Position numbers and translations under genes: made by a program. Positions 9,050-18,809 of a stretch of DNA of 64,000 nt are shown piece by piece. Location of the stretch: contig CAWFJP010000005.1 of assembly GCA_963816145.1 (NCBI GenBank), forward strand, positions 64,001 to 128,000, written 5' to 3'. The notes beneath the pieces are model-generated. The model saw nothing but the letters and a program-made list of their open reading frames with translations, had not been told where the DNA came from and made no database searches. The DNA comes from an uncultured delta proteobacterium. Lineage in GTDB: Bacteria > Desulfobacterota > Binatia > UBA9968. Position 1 is the stretch's first letter; each line of letters starts with the position of its first letter.

Positions 9050-10003
9050 ATGAGTGTGATCATCGGCAGCGGCGATTTTCGTTACGAAGTGATCGAAGGT
9101 TTCGGCAAACTGCCCGACGACTGGACGTTTCACGAAGTGGCGGCGGTGGCGGTGGACGCCAAGGAGCAGCTCTATTGCTTCACCCGCGGTAAACATCCGG
9201 TGATCGTGTTCGACCGCGACGGCAACTTTCTGCGCTCCTGGGGCGACGGTGTGTTTAAGCGCGCCCATGGCGCGACCATCGGTCCCGACGAGACGATCTT
9301 TTTGACCGACGACGGCGACCACACGGTACGCAAGTGCTCGCTCGACGGCAAGATCCTCATGACCATCGGCGTGCCGGGAAAATCGGCACCCTATCAAAGC
9401 GGCGAGCCGTTCAATCGCTGCACGCATGTCGCGTTCTCGCCGCAGGGCGATATTTACGTCTCCGACGGCTACGGCAACTCGCGGGTGCACAAGTACTCGC
9501 CGGATGGAAAGCTGTTGCTGTCCTGGGGTGAATCGGGCTCCGATCCCGGCCAGTTCAACATCGTGCACAACATCGTCACCGACAAAGACGGCTGGGTCTA
9601 TGTCGCCGACCGGGAGAATAACCGGGTGCAAGTGTTCGACGGCAAAGGCAAGTACGAGACCCAATGGAATAACATGCACCGGCCCTGCGCACTTTATATG
9701 GACACGACCAAAAAAGATCCGGTCTGTTACGTCGGCGAACTCGGACCCGGGCTCGGCGTGAACCTGAACGCGCCCAATCTCGGCAACCGGGTCGATATTT
9801 ACGACAAGCATGGCAAACGGTTGGCGCGCTTGGGCGATATCTTCGCTGGCGAAAAGCCCGGCCAGTTCATCGCGCCGCACGGCCTTGCCATCGACTCGCG
9901 CGGCGATATTTATGTCGGCGAGGTGTCCTGGACGATCATGGGCCAGCGCCTGCAGCCGCCGCGGGAGTTGCGCAGCTTGCAGAAGTTGAAGAAGCTGAAT
10001 TGA
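9050..10003 (+). CDS. NHL-repeat beta-propeller (peptidyl-alpha-hydroxyglycine alpha-amidating lyase-like)
   Basis: Repeated YVSDGYGNSRV, YVADRENNRVQVF, PGQF..PHG units. Confidence 0.88.
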   Translation: MSVIIGSGDFRYEVIEGFGKLPDDWTFHEVAAVAVDAKEQLYCFTRGKHPVIVFDRDGNFLRSWGDGVFKRAHGATIGPDETIFLTDDGDHTVRKCSLDGKILMTIGVPGKSAPYQSGEPFNRCTHVAFSPQGDIYVSDGYGNSRVHKYSPDGKLLLSWGESGSDPGQFNIVHNIVTDKDGWVYVADRENNRVQVFDGKGKYETQWNNMHRPCALYMDTTKKDPVCYVGELGPGLGVNLNAPNLGNRVDIYDKHGKRLARLGDIFAGEKPGQFIAPHGLAIDSRGDIYVGEVSWTIMGQRLQPPRELRSLQKLKKLN

Positions 10004-10186
10004 GAGGATGTCTGCACCACGAAGGCACGAAGGACACGAAGTAGGAAATTCGGACTCGGAATGTTGGCCGCAAATAACGCAAAGGTCACAAAATCCCCCT
10101 CCTCTTTCCTCCCCCGCCAGCGGGGGAGGATGAAGGTGGGGGCAAACTTCACCCATGGTGGTGAGTTCTGAACGAGGGGGACGATC

Positions 10187-10999
10187 ATGCAAAGCAATAT
10201 CACTCAAGAGCGCGTGCCGATCCATGGCGATGCCGGCCATTGGGTGCATATCTCGCAGAGTCCGCGTCATGTGCGGGTGTATTTTGGCGGTGAGGTCATC
10301 GCCAACAGCAAGCGCGCCAAGCTCGTGCGCGAAGCGGAAGTTTTGCCGGCTTATTATTTCCCCAAGGAAGATGTGCGCACTGATCTGTTCACCGCGAGCG
10401 CGCAGAGAACCGATTGTCCGGTCAAAGGCTCGGCCTCGTTTTGGTCGATCAAGGCCGGGGGGCGGTTAGCAGAGAACGCGGTGTGGAGTTATGCGAATCC
10501 ACTGTCGGCGGCGACCGGAATCGAGGACCATTTCGCTTTCGACTGGCCGAAGATGGACAAGTGGATGGAGGAGGAAGAAGTGCTCTACAAGCACGCGCGC
10601 GATCCCTACAAGCGCGTCGATGCGATGCCGAGCGCGCGCCATGTGCGCGTTCTCATTGACGGCCAGACGGTGGCGGAAACCCGCCGCCCTCATCTAGTTT
10701 TCGAGACCAATCATCCGGTGCGCTACTACATCCCGCAAGAAGATGTACGCATGGATCTGCTGGTCGCGAGCGCGACAACCTCGCGCTGCCCGTACAAAGG
10801 TCCAGCTTCTTACTGGTCGGTGAAGCTTGGCGACGAAACCTTTGCTGATCTGGTATGGGGCTATATGGAAACCATTCCCGAGTGTCCCAAGATCAAAGGG
10901 CTGCTATCTTTCTTCCATGAGCAGGGTTGCGATATCTACGTCGACGGTGAGTTAGTCGAACGACCAAAGACTAAATGGGCGCGGCCGTTGCGCGGCTAG
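10187..10999 (+). CDS. Tandem DUF427 domain protein
   Basis: Two copies of YY.P.EDVR.DL...T.CP.KG.AS.WS; H.RDPYKRVD linker. Confidence 0.88.
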   Translation: MQSNITQERVPIHGDAGHWVHISQSPRHVRVYFGGEVIANSKRAKLVREAEVLPAYYFPKEDVRTDLFTASAQRTDCPVKGSASFWSIKAGGRLAENAVWSYANPLSAATGIEDHFAFDWPKMDKWMEEEEVLYKHARDPYKRVDAMPSARHVRVLIDGQTVAETRRPHLVFETNHPVRYYIPQEDVRMDLLVASATTSRCPYKGPASYWSVKLGDETFADLVWGYMETIPECPKIKGLLSFFHEQGCDIYVDGELVERPKTKWARPLRG

Positions 11000-11017
11000 T
11001 TCGTCATACTCAGCATC

Positions 11018-12028
11018 ATGCAGGCGCTTCACTGGGACGGCTCTAAGCTGCGCGCTCGTTCGGACTATCCGCTACCTGGGTCGAGGATCGATGATGGCGG
11101 ATCGCGAATGGTAGGGGCGACCGGCGGTCGCCCTCTCACCGGCGCCGGAGCTGTTGCGCTCGTCAAAGTTCATCTCGCCGGTGTTTGCTCGACCGATTTG
11201 CAAATTCTCAAAGGTTACATGGGTTTCACCGGCGTGCCGGGGCACGAGTTCGTCGGCTCCGTCGTCGATGGGCCGCAAGACTGGCTCGGCAAGCGTGTGG
11301 TCGGTGAGATCAATTTCGGCTGCGGCGTTTGCGATAGCTGCCGGCGCGACCTGGCGCGCCATTGTCCCAATCGCCGGGTGATGGGCATCGTCAACGCCGA
11401 CGGCGCGTTTGCTGAATATGTCGCCGTGCCGGTGACGAATCTGCACTGGGTTGCCGATGCGATCAGCGACGAAGATGCGGTGTTCACCGAGCCTCTGGCG
11501 GCGGCTTTTGAGATCTTGACGCAGATTCAAATCAATCCGGGTGACGACATTCTGGTGCTCGGCGACGGCAAGCTGGGTAATCTCTGCGCCCAAGTTTTGC
11601 GCCTGACCGGCGCCAAGGTGACGGTGCTGGGCAAACACGCCGACAAGCTTGCGACGATTAAAATGTCCGGCGTCAGAACGATTCAATTAAACGACAGGCA
11701 GCCGCGGCTGTTCGATATCGTCGTTGAAGCCAGCGGCTCGCCGTCGGGTTTGGAGCTCGCGCTCAACGCGGTGCGGCCGCGCGGGACATTGGTCTTGAAA
11801 AGCACCATCGCCGGCAAGCACGAAGTCTCGTTGGCACCCATCGTGATCCATGAGATCAACGTGATCGGTTCGCGCTGCGGGCCGTTTCCCGATGCCCTCG
11901 ATGCGTTGGCGGCGAAACGCGTGGCGGTGGCGCCATTGATTGAGGCGATCTATTCCTTGAAGGATGGCGTCGATGCCGTCGAACGGGCAGCGCGAGCCGG
12001 GGCTAAGAAAATTTTGTTGCGACCCTAA
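11018..12028 (+). CDS. Zn-dependent alcohol dehydrogenase (MDR family) with an N-terminal repeat-derived insertion
   Basis: GVCSTD, GHE, CGVCDSC..C, GDGKLG. Confidence 0.9.
   Translation: MQALHWDGSKLRARSDYPLPGSRIDDGGSRMVGATGGRPLTGAGAVALVKVHLAGVCSTDLQILKGYMGFTGVPGHEFVGSVVDGPQDWLGKRVVGEINFGCGVCDSCRRDLARHCPNRRVMGIVNADGAFAEYVAVPVTNLHWVADAISDEDAVFTEPLAAAFEILTQIQINPGDDILVLGDGKLGNLCAQVLRLTGAKVTVLGKHADKLATIKMSGVRTIQLNDRQPRLFDIVVEASGSPSGLELALNAVRPRGTLVLKSTIAGKHEVSLAPIVIHEINVIGSRCGPFPDALDALAAKRVAVAPLIEAIYSLKDGVDAVERAARAGAKKILLRP
11111..11134. repeat. GTAG-type REP-like palindrome inside the ADH coding sequence
   Basis: gtaggggcgaccggcggtcgccct; same architecture as intergenic copies at 50644-50667, 56441-56464 and 19448-19473. 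Confidence 0.65.
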
Positions 12029-12063
12029 TCAGGAATTCTACAGTTTTGCGACGGAGGTGATCG

Positions 12064-12813
12064 ATGAAATGGGGCGAACAGCGTTGGCCGCAGATGAAAG
12101 CCTTGGACCGGTCCAAGGTCGTGACGATTTTGCCGACCGGATCGATGGAGCAGCATGGGCCACACTTGCCGTTGCAGGTGGATCATTTCATCGCCAATCG
12201 TATCGCCGAGGATCTGGAAAAACGCATGCCGGAGATCCTTACATTGCCGCCGGTTTGGGCGGGAACCTCGGGCCATCACATGGATTTTCCCGGCACGATT
12301 ACATTGCGGCCGCGGGTGTTCATCGATCTGCTGCGGGATGTTTGTGCCTGTATGCATGCTCATGGGTTTCGCCGGATGATTTTGCTCAACGGCCATGGCG
12401 GCAACCGTGCCAGCTTGCAGGTATTGGGACAAGAGCTCTATGCGGAGATGGGCTTTTCGATCAACGTGATCGTTTACTGGGACCTGGTGCCGGAGCTGGT
12501 CAAATCGTTGAAGAAATCGAAGTCCAAAGGCATGGGCCATTCGGGCGAACTGGAAACCTCGCTGATGCTTTACCTGGCGCCGCAATTGGTCGATCTGAGC
12601 GCCGTGCCAGACGGGTTTCGTTCGGATCAGCTGCATCACAGCCGATTTATCACCGGCGAGGGGATCACCCGGTACGTCAATATCAAGGAGCACTCCGAGA
12701 TCGGCGTCGATGGTTTTCCCGCAGCAGCGAGCGCCAAGGATGGCGAACTATTTTATCAAACCGTATTGACCGAGTTGGAAAAGATCGTCCGCGAGCTGCA
12801 ACAAGAAGCCTAG
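12064..12813 (+). CDS. Creatininase-family amidohydrolase
   Basis: PTGSMEQHGPHLP..D, HHMDFPGT, NGHGGN, HSGELETS. Confidence 0.92.
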   Translation: MKWGEQRWPQMKALDRSKVVTILPTGSMEQHGPHLPLQVDHFIANRIAEDLEKRMPEILTLPPVWAGTSGHHMDFPGTITLRPRVFIDLLRDVCACMHAHGFRRMILLNGHGGNRASLQVLGQELYAEMGFSINVIVYWDLVPELVKSLKKSKSKGMGHSGELETSLMLYLAPQLVDLSAVPDGFRSDQLHHSRFITGEGITRYVNIKEHSEIGVDGFPAAASAKDGELFYQTVLTELEKIVRELQQEA

Positions 12814-12814
12814 T

Positions 12815-13429
12815 TTAGAACGACGAGCCCGGCTGGGTAAGAAAGTCCAACTCCTCCGGCGTCGATGGCCGGCCGAGAACCCGGTTGCGGTGCGGAAACC
12901 GGCCGAAGCGCGCGACGATGTCGCGATGGCGAACGGCAAAATCTAGATACTGGGCGAAACTGGCTTGTTGTTCTTGCGCGGCCAGCGACAACAACTCGCC
13001 AAACAGGATTACCGCTCGTTCTTGGTGCTCCAACCGTTCCGAATGCTCCAGAGGGAGACAAAAGAACACCCGCTCGATGGGCCGCAGCAATCGATCATGA
13101 CCCTGTTCGATACCCGCGAGACTCCACTCCAGCGCTTTCGCGTCCAAGGCGAACGCCTGCGGTGAATCGCGGTAAATATTGCGAGGAAACTGATCGGTTA
13201 CAATGATCAACGCCAGCCGTCCCCGCGGTTCGGCGAGCCAATGATCGAGCTTGCCTTCGCTGGCTAGCTGCAGACTGCTCTTGAATCTCTCGCGAATCTC
13301 CCTATCGACTTCAGCATTCTTCGACCACCACAGATCGGCGCGGTCTTTGGCGAGGGTGGCTGCGTCGGGATTGGTGCCGAACCAGTAGGTCAGGATAGTT
13401 TCGCTGTCGATCATAGCCACTTGCATCAC
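12815..13429 (-). CDS. DUF924 family protein
   Basis: DQFPRNIYR, PLEHSE, FGRFPHRN..LGR.ST.EE; start could be 13414. Confidence 0.9.
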   Translation of the reverse strand: MMQVAMIDSETILTYWFGTNPDAATLAKDRADLWWSKNAEVDREIRERFKSSLQLASEGKLDHWLAEPRGRLALIIVTDQFPRNIYRDSPQAFALDAKALEWSLAGIEQGHDRLLRPIERVFFCLPLEHSERLEHQERAVILFGELLSLAAQEQQASFAQYLDFAVRHRDIVARFGRFPHRNRVLGRPSTPEELDFLTQPGSSF

Positions 13430-13519
13430 GACCCGAATGATTTGGAAAGCGCCAATAATGCGCTAGCCGGTTGATCGAGCTGCATGATGTAGCCTCAATC
13501 GGGTGACGAGGTCTACTTA

Positions 13520-14269
13520 TTAGTGACTAGGTAGAGTTCTCAGCCGGGTAAAGAATTCGCCGATGGCGCCATTATGAAGGAAGTCGGCGAGATCGTCGAG
13601 CGGCGTCGGGTCGCGGTTGACAATGGCGAGCAGCGCGCCGCTGCGCTTGGCGATCACCGGGAAAGATGCCGCCGGTTGCACTTGCAAGGACGAGCCGATG
13701 ACGACGAAGACATCGGCTTGCTCGCTCCAGCGTTGGGCGCGCTGCATGGCTTCGACCGGCATCGATTGGCCGAAGGAGATGTTGGCGGATTTGAGAAAAC
13801 CGCTGCAGGCGTCGCAGGTGGGCGTCGGCAGTCCTTCATGCCACTTCTCGTAGACGTCAGAGGGTTGAAAAACTTTGGCGCATTTGAGGCAGGTGACGAG
13901 ACGGTCCGTGCCATGCAGCTCGACCAGGCGCGTCGCCGATGTGCCGGCGAGCTTGTGCAGGCCGTCGATATTTTGCGTGATCAGGCCGAGCAGTTGGCCG
14001 CGTTGTTCGAATTCGCAGATCGCCTGGTGGCCGATGTTGGGTTTGACGGTCTTGAAGAGCTCATAGGTGGCTTTTTTGAGCTGCCAATGCTGCACCCGCG
14101 CAGCTTCACTGGCGAGAAAATCTTGGAACAGCACCGGTTGATATTTCGTCCAGACACCTCCGGGGCTGCGGAAGTCAGGCACGCCGGATTCCGTACTGAT
14201 ACCGGCGCCGGTGAAGAAAACCAGCGCCTCTGACTTGCTCAACCGGCTGGCGAACTCTTCAAGCTTCAC
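13520..14269 (-). CDS. cobB: Sir2-family NAD-dependent protein deacylase
   Basis: GAGISTESGVPDFR, TQNIDGLH, HG, two CxxC pairs, GSSL.V.PAA; GTG start. Confidence 0.9.
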   Translation of the reverse strand: MKLEEFASRLSKSEALVFFTGAGISTESGVPDFRSPGGVWTKYQPVLFQDFLASEAARVQHWQLKKATYELFKTVKPNIGHQAICEFEQRGQLLGLITQNIDGLHKLAGTSATRLVELHGTDRLVTCLKCAKVFQPSDVYEKWHEGLPTPTCDACSGFLKSANISFGQSMPVEAMQRAQRWSEQADVFVVIGSSLQVQPAASFPVIAKRSGALLAIVNRDPTPLDDLADFLHNGAIGEFFTRLRTLPSH

Positions 14270-14288
14270 GCTGCGCCGTCCCGTCGAG

Positions 14289-14924
14289 CTATTTTTTTGC
14301 CGGCTCTGCCGGCTTCGCCGGTTGCGGCGGCGTAGCTGATTTGGCTGCTTCCGCCGATTTCGCAGGCGCAGCCGACTTGGCAGCGGGCGCAGTAGGCGGC
14401 GGCGCCGGTTGGATGTCGACGATCTTGACGTTGAAGACGAGCGTCTTGCCCGCCATCGGATGATTCATGTCGATAACCACCGTCTTTTCTTTGACTTCCT
14501 TGATGCGCGCCAGCATGGGGCGGCCCTGGTCGTCTTGACCTTGAAGCACCGCGCCGACCTTCAGAGCGTTGGGCGGAATTTTTTCTTTGGGAATTTCCTG
14601 AAACCCGTTGGGGTTAATCTGGCCATAGGCGTCTTCCGGTTTGACGGTGACGTTCTTTTCGCCGCCGACTTTCATCCCGGTAAGTTCTTTCTCCAGCCCG
14701 GGGATCATGCTCTTTTGCCCATGGACGTACTTGAGCGGCTCCTTGCCCTTGCTGCTGTCGATCACCTTGCCGTCGGTGCCTTTGAGCGTGTATTCGATGC
14801 TGACCAACATGCCGTCCTTGACGATGTTATCGTTCTTGGCTTTCTCCGCTGCGGTGACCAATGCGGTCATGGCGAACAGAAACATTGCCGCGGCGACGAC
14901 CCAAGAGACAAGTTTAAAGTGCAT
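14289..14924 (-). CDS. SlyD-like FKBP peptidyl-prolyl isomerase with signal peptide and Ala/Pro/Lys tail
   Basis: IEYTL, PL.YVHG..MIPGLE.EL.G, PEDAYG, D.NHP.AGKTL.F. Confidence 0.9.
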   Translation of the reverse strand: MHFKLVSWVVAAAMFLFAMTALVTAAEKAKNDNIVKDGMLVSIEYTLKGTDGKVIDSSKGKEPLKYVHGQKSMIPGLEKELTGMKVGGEKNVTVKPEDAYGQINPNGFQEIPKEKIPPNALKVGAVLQGQDDQGRPMLARIKEVKEKTVVIDMNHPMAGKTLVFNVKIVDIQPAPPPTAPAAKSAAPAKSAEAAKSATPPQPAKPAEPAKK

Positions 14925-15020
14925 GTGGTGCTCCTCTCAAGCGTTTACTGAAAATGGATAGTTCACCAAGAGTACACGGTGAGGCGGGCGAACTCAACGA
15001 ATGGCGGAGAATCCGTGCGC

Positions 15021-15090
15021 CGAGATCTCTCACTTCGTTCGAGATGACAACTGTCGCCATCCTGTCGTTTCGAGTGGAGCGAAAATTCTT
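15021..15090. repeat. Intergenic palindromic doublet
   Basis: gagatctctcacttcgttcgagatgaca ... tgtcgtttcgagtggagcgaaaattct; related copy at 48254-48320. Confidence 0.6.
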
Positions 15091-15111
15091 TGCGGTTGGC
15101 AATAACCGAGT

Positions 15112-15352
15112 CTACTTACTCACGGGTTCGAAAAATCCTTCCCGTTGCAGTTCGTCGAGCAAACTCATGCGTTGGTAGATGATAACCCGTGGTGCCGGCG
15201 AAGCTGGCGCGGAGTTTCGTCAGTTGCGCAACGATCGGTTCGGGAGCGAAGATCAGCGCGCCCATTAGCAGTATGGCCGAGGATAGCTGATGGAGGATAG
15301 AGGATGGCATTTTCGCTTGCCTCCGTGTTCCTACTGTTGCCTGTTGCCTCAT
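15112..15352 (-). pseudogene. Internally deleted ABC substrate-binding protein remnant
   Basis: Signal peptide plus AQLTKLRASFAGTTGYHLP is fused out of frame to MSLLDELQREGFFEPVSK*, the typical C-terminus of the SBP paralogs in this window. Confidence 0.75.
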
Positions 15353-15361
15353 GCCTATTGC

Positions 15362-16354
15362 CTAGTATTTCTGAATCACTTCTTTGCCCCACTTGTCCAT
15401 GACTTGATCGTAGACGGCGTTGGGCGGTGTGAGCAGGATGCGTTTCACGCCATCGTCTTCGAGCCGTTTCACCTTGGCGATGCATTCGGCGGGGGTGCCG
15501 GCGATGGTGAAGCGCTCGAGCAGATAGTCGGTGACGAATTTGGGATCGACCCGCTCTTCGATCGGTTTCGCGATGTCGAAGTTGTCCATGAATTTCTGTA
15601 TGCCGCCGGCTTCCCCTTCAGGCACGGTTTCCATGGTGAAGCGGAAGTTGTGATGGGCGCGGTTGGCCATGCGGCTGCGCACGCGCTGGCGTGCCAGGTC
15701 GCCATTGTCGTCGACGACGATCATGCCGGCGGGCATGATGTCGATATCCTCAATTTTTCGCCCTGCGTCCTTGGCGCCTTCGGCGACCCGTTGGCGCGCC
15801 CAGTCGGTGACCTGCTTGTCGAAGCCGGTGCCCAAAATGATCCCATCGCAGGTGCGCCCGGCGACGCGCAAGGTCTTCGGCCCTTCCGCTGAGATGTAAA
15901 TCGGCACGGGCCGCTTACCGGCTTTGAGTTTGACGTTGCCGCCGGCGCGCTCATGGCTCTTGGGCACGTCAACGCCGCGGTCGTGCAAAAGGTCGCGAAT
16001 CACGCGCAGCCCTATTTCGAAATCGACGAGCTTGGTCGCGGTGCGGCCCAGGCTGTAAACCGGCCCGTCGCCGGTGCCCATGCCGACAATGGCGCGGCCG
16101 CCGGAGATTTCGTTCAGCGTCGCGTAGGAACAAGCGGTGATCGTCGGGTCGCGGTAGACCATGTTGGTCACCGCGGTGCCGAAACGGATGGTTTTGGTGT
16201 TGACCGCGCATAGCGCCATTGCCTGGTACGGGTCGACGTTGTTCATTTGGCTGTCGGCGAAAAAGATCGCTTCGAAGCCGAGGGCCTCGGCGCGCTGGGC
16301 GCGCTCGACCGCCTCTTTAACCGTGCGCGCCGATCCATGTAGACAGAAATTCAT
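15362..16354 (-). CDS. LLM-class oxidoreductase (Mer-like, probably F420-dependent)
   Basis: AEALGFEAIFFADS, GTAVTN...RDP, SGGRAIVGMGTGD, AEGPKTLRVAG..DG. Confidence 0.85.
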   Translation of the reverse strand: MNFCLHGSARTVKEAVERAQRAEALGFEAIFFADSQMNNVDPYQAMALCAVNTKTIRFGTAVTNMVYRDPTITACSYATLNEISGGRAIVGMGTGDGPVYSLGRTATKLVDFEIGLRVIRDLLHDRGVDVPKSHERAGGNVKLKAGKRPVPIYISAEGPKTLRVAGRTCDGIILGTGFDKQVTDWARQRVAEGAKDAGRKIEDIDIMPAGMIVVDDNGDLARQRVRSRMANRAHHNFRFTMETVPEGEAGGIQKFMDNFDIAKPIEERVDPKFVTDYLLERFTIAGTPAECIAKVKRLEDDGVKRILLTPPNAVYDQVMDKWGKEVIQKY

Positions 16355-16419
16355 GAGGCTCCTTCATGCAAATGGATGATTGAAAATGGAGAATGACTTC
16401 TCGGTCCGTCAATTTTCCA

Positions 16420-17695
16420 TTATCCATTATCCATTTTCAATTCATTCCTCGCGTGCCAGCGGACGCAGAGGTGAATTGCCAGGCCGGAGATGATGAAGCA
16501 GAGCAGACAGACGGTAAACGACCAGGCGTAGGTGCCGGTGGTGTCGAAGAGATAGCCGCCGATCCAGGAGCCGAAGGCGCTGCCGAAGCCGAAGCTGATT
16601 TCCAAGAAATCCGAAGATCAGACCGATCTTGCGGCCGGAAAAGATATCGCCGATGACCGAGCCGTAAGTGGGATTGCCGGCGCTGTGGCCGACGCCGTAG
16701 AGGATGACGGTGAGATAGACCAGCCAGAGCGGCGCGCCGAAGGTCAGCGCGATCATGCAGGCGACGCCCAGGGTGGTGACTGTTGTGGCGATGGCGTAGG
16801 TCCGGCTGCGGCCGAGCCGGTCGGAGAGCGAGCCCCAAATCAGCGTCGCGCCGATGCGGATGAAGCCGATAAAGCCGAAGTAAAACGATGCCGCCAACTT
16901 TTCATAGCCGACGGCGACGAAGTGGGCGATGGCATGGGTGTTGATCATGAACAACGCGGTGCCGAGGGCCAAGTGGCCGATGGTGATGCACCAGAACGGA
17001 AACGACCGCGCCGCCTGGCCGAGAGTCCAATCACGGTGACTTGGGCGTTGCGAGCCGTGCCGGCCGACGGCGGCGCCGCTAGACGGCGCGGTGTCGCCGT
17101 CGGGGAACTGACCAACCTCCGCCGGTGTGCGGCGTTGAAAGAATGCATTGGCAGGCACTAGGACGAGGAGCAGCAGCGCGCCCGTCGCGACATAGGTCCA
17201 GCGCCAGCCGATGGAGCTGACGAGCATTTGCGTCGCCGGCACCATGACGAGCGCGCCCAACCCCTGGCCCATGGAAGCGATGCCGATGGCGGTGGCGCGC
17301 TTGCGCACGAACCAAAAAGAGATCAGCGCGTTGTGGCCGACGAAACTGAGCGCGCCTTGCCCCAAAGCGGTGACGATGCCGTAGGTAAAATATAGGCCGC
17401 CGAGGGATTGCGCGAAAGACGACAGCACGAGTCCCAGGCCGGTCAGAAATGCACCGAGCGGCATGAGCACGCGCGGCCCATAGCGGTCGAAGGCGAGACC
17501 CACCATCGGCGAGGCGATGGCGTAGACGAAAAAGTTCGCCGACGCGATGCTGGCGCCGGCGCTGCGCGACCACGGGAACTCTTCGAGCAAGGCGAGAAAG
17601 TAAACCCCGAAGGCGCCATTGACACCGCGCATCACCACCATGTTGGCAAAGCATAGCCCGAGGATGACGTAGCCGTAGAAAAACTTGGGATGCAT
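16420..17695 (-). pseudogene. MFS transporter (OFA/MCT-like) with a +1 frameshift near the 3' end
   Basis: Frame 1 ends at GRKIGLIFGFL; the last two TM helices (EISFGFGSAFGSWIGGYLFDTTGTY...) continue in another frame after gga-tttc-ttg-gaa at about 16606. Confidence 0.8.
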
Positions 17696-17787
17696 GGGAA
17701 CGGGCTCGAACGACAGAGATTTGAGATAGAGACAGAGACCTCGGAGCGGTGGCTGGGGCGGTCTCTATCTCCGATCTCTATCTTATT

Positions 17788-18348
17788 TCATCTGGCTTCG
17801 GCGGCTTTGATGTCTTTGACTTTGATGTCGAAGTGGAGCGTCTTGCCGGCGAGCGGATGATTGAGGTCGACGATGACGGTTTTTTCATTCACCTTGGCGA
17901 CCTTGAGCGGGATGGCGCGGCCGTCGGGCGCTTTCATCATCAACGTGGCGCCCTCTTTCAACGCTTCGGCCGGGACCTTCTCCCGCGGGATTTCCTGGAT
18001 CGCTTTTTCATTCGGCAGGCCGTAGCCTTCTTCCGGTTTGACGTTGACTTTCTTCTGATCGCCGACCTTGAGGCCGTTGAGCTCACGCTCCAAGCCCTTG
18101 ACGATTTGTCCGGCGCCGTGGATATAGGTCAGCGGTTCCTTGCCGACGCTGGTGTCGATCACTTTGCCGCTGTCGTCGGTGAGGGTGTATTCGATGGTGA
18201 CGATGGAGCCATCCTCGATCTGCGACCCGGGCTTGAGCGTGATCGCTTGACCGGGCTGGCCGCCGCCGGGGCCGGAAAGGCTGGTCAACAAAAACAATGC
18301 CGCGGTCACCGCCCCGCTCATCACCAACAGACCCAACAGTTTTTTCAT
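17788..18348 (-). CDS. Second SlyD-like FKBP PPIase with N-terminal signal/anchor
   Basis: IEYTL, EPLTYIHG, GLERELNG, PEEGYG, DLNHPLAGKTLHF. Confidence 0.9.
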   Translation of the reverse strand: MKKLLGLLVMSGAVTAALFLLTSLSGPGGGQPGQAITLKPGSQIEDGSIVTIEYTLTDDSGKVIDTSVGKEPLTYIHGAGQIVKGLERELNGLKVGDQKKVNVKPEEGYGLPNEKAIQEIPREKVPAEALKEGATLMMKAPDGRAIPLKVAKVNEKTVIVDLNHPLAGKTLHFDIKVKDIKAAEAR

Positions 18349-18431
18349 GAACTCCTCGAAGTAAACCGTTACGAAAATCGCCCCGCGCCAACATATATGG
18401 CGGAAAAATTGAATACAACTAAAATGTCGCG

Positions 18432-18738
18432 CCGTCGTTTCTGTGCTTGCTGTTTGCCCTGACGGTCTCTGGAAAACTCGGCTCGCTCAAGTTTCGCGGC
18501 GGTAGGTTGCCCTATTACCGCCTCGCCGCGGTCTTCGCCCTGGTCGGCCAGCGTTCTTACCTTCCATGCACTCCACGCCGGCGAAGTCTCGGTGGTGAGT
18601 CCGATCATCAACACCACGCCGCTGTTTATTATCGTATTCACGGCGATGTTCTTGCGCGGCGAAGAAAAGATCACCCGGTTGGTGGTGATCGGCTCGATTA
18701 TGTTAGTGGCGGGAATCGCGGTGATTACCGCGCGCTAG
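18432..18738 (+). pseudogene. Truncated, frameshifted EamA/DMT transporter remnant
   Basis: ...FALVGQ then frameshift to VLTFHALHAGEVSVVSPIINTTPLFIIVFTAMFLRGEEKITRLVVIGSIMLVAGIAVITAR*; no 5' half present. Confidence 0.75.
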
Positions 18739-18809
18739 CGTGGATTCTAACGGTGCCGGTTAACGCCACGCTTAGCCGGCACTCTCAGCGATCGATCTGC
18801 AATGGGATG

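Noticed and set aside
8897-10270. Long antisense ORFs (e.g. 8897-10270, 5499-6302, 27810-28685, 45962-46894, 62796-63725)
   Set aside because: Shadow frames of well-supported opposite-strand genes in GC-rich DNA, with no recognisable motifs.
12064-12813. Mycofactocin cluster (MftE-like creatininase plus ADH)
   Set aside because: No mftA precursor, MftB or radical-SAM MftC in the window.
13520-14269. Sir2 as a defence effector (ThsA/DSR-like)
   Set aside because: It is a canonical ~250-aa Zn-binding CobB-type deacylase in a housekeeping context with no extra domains.
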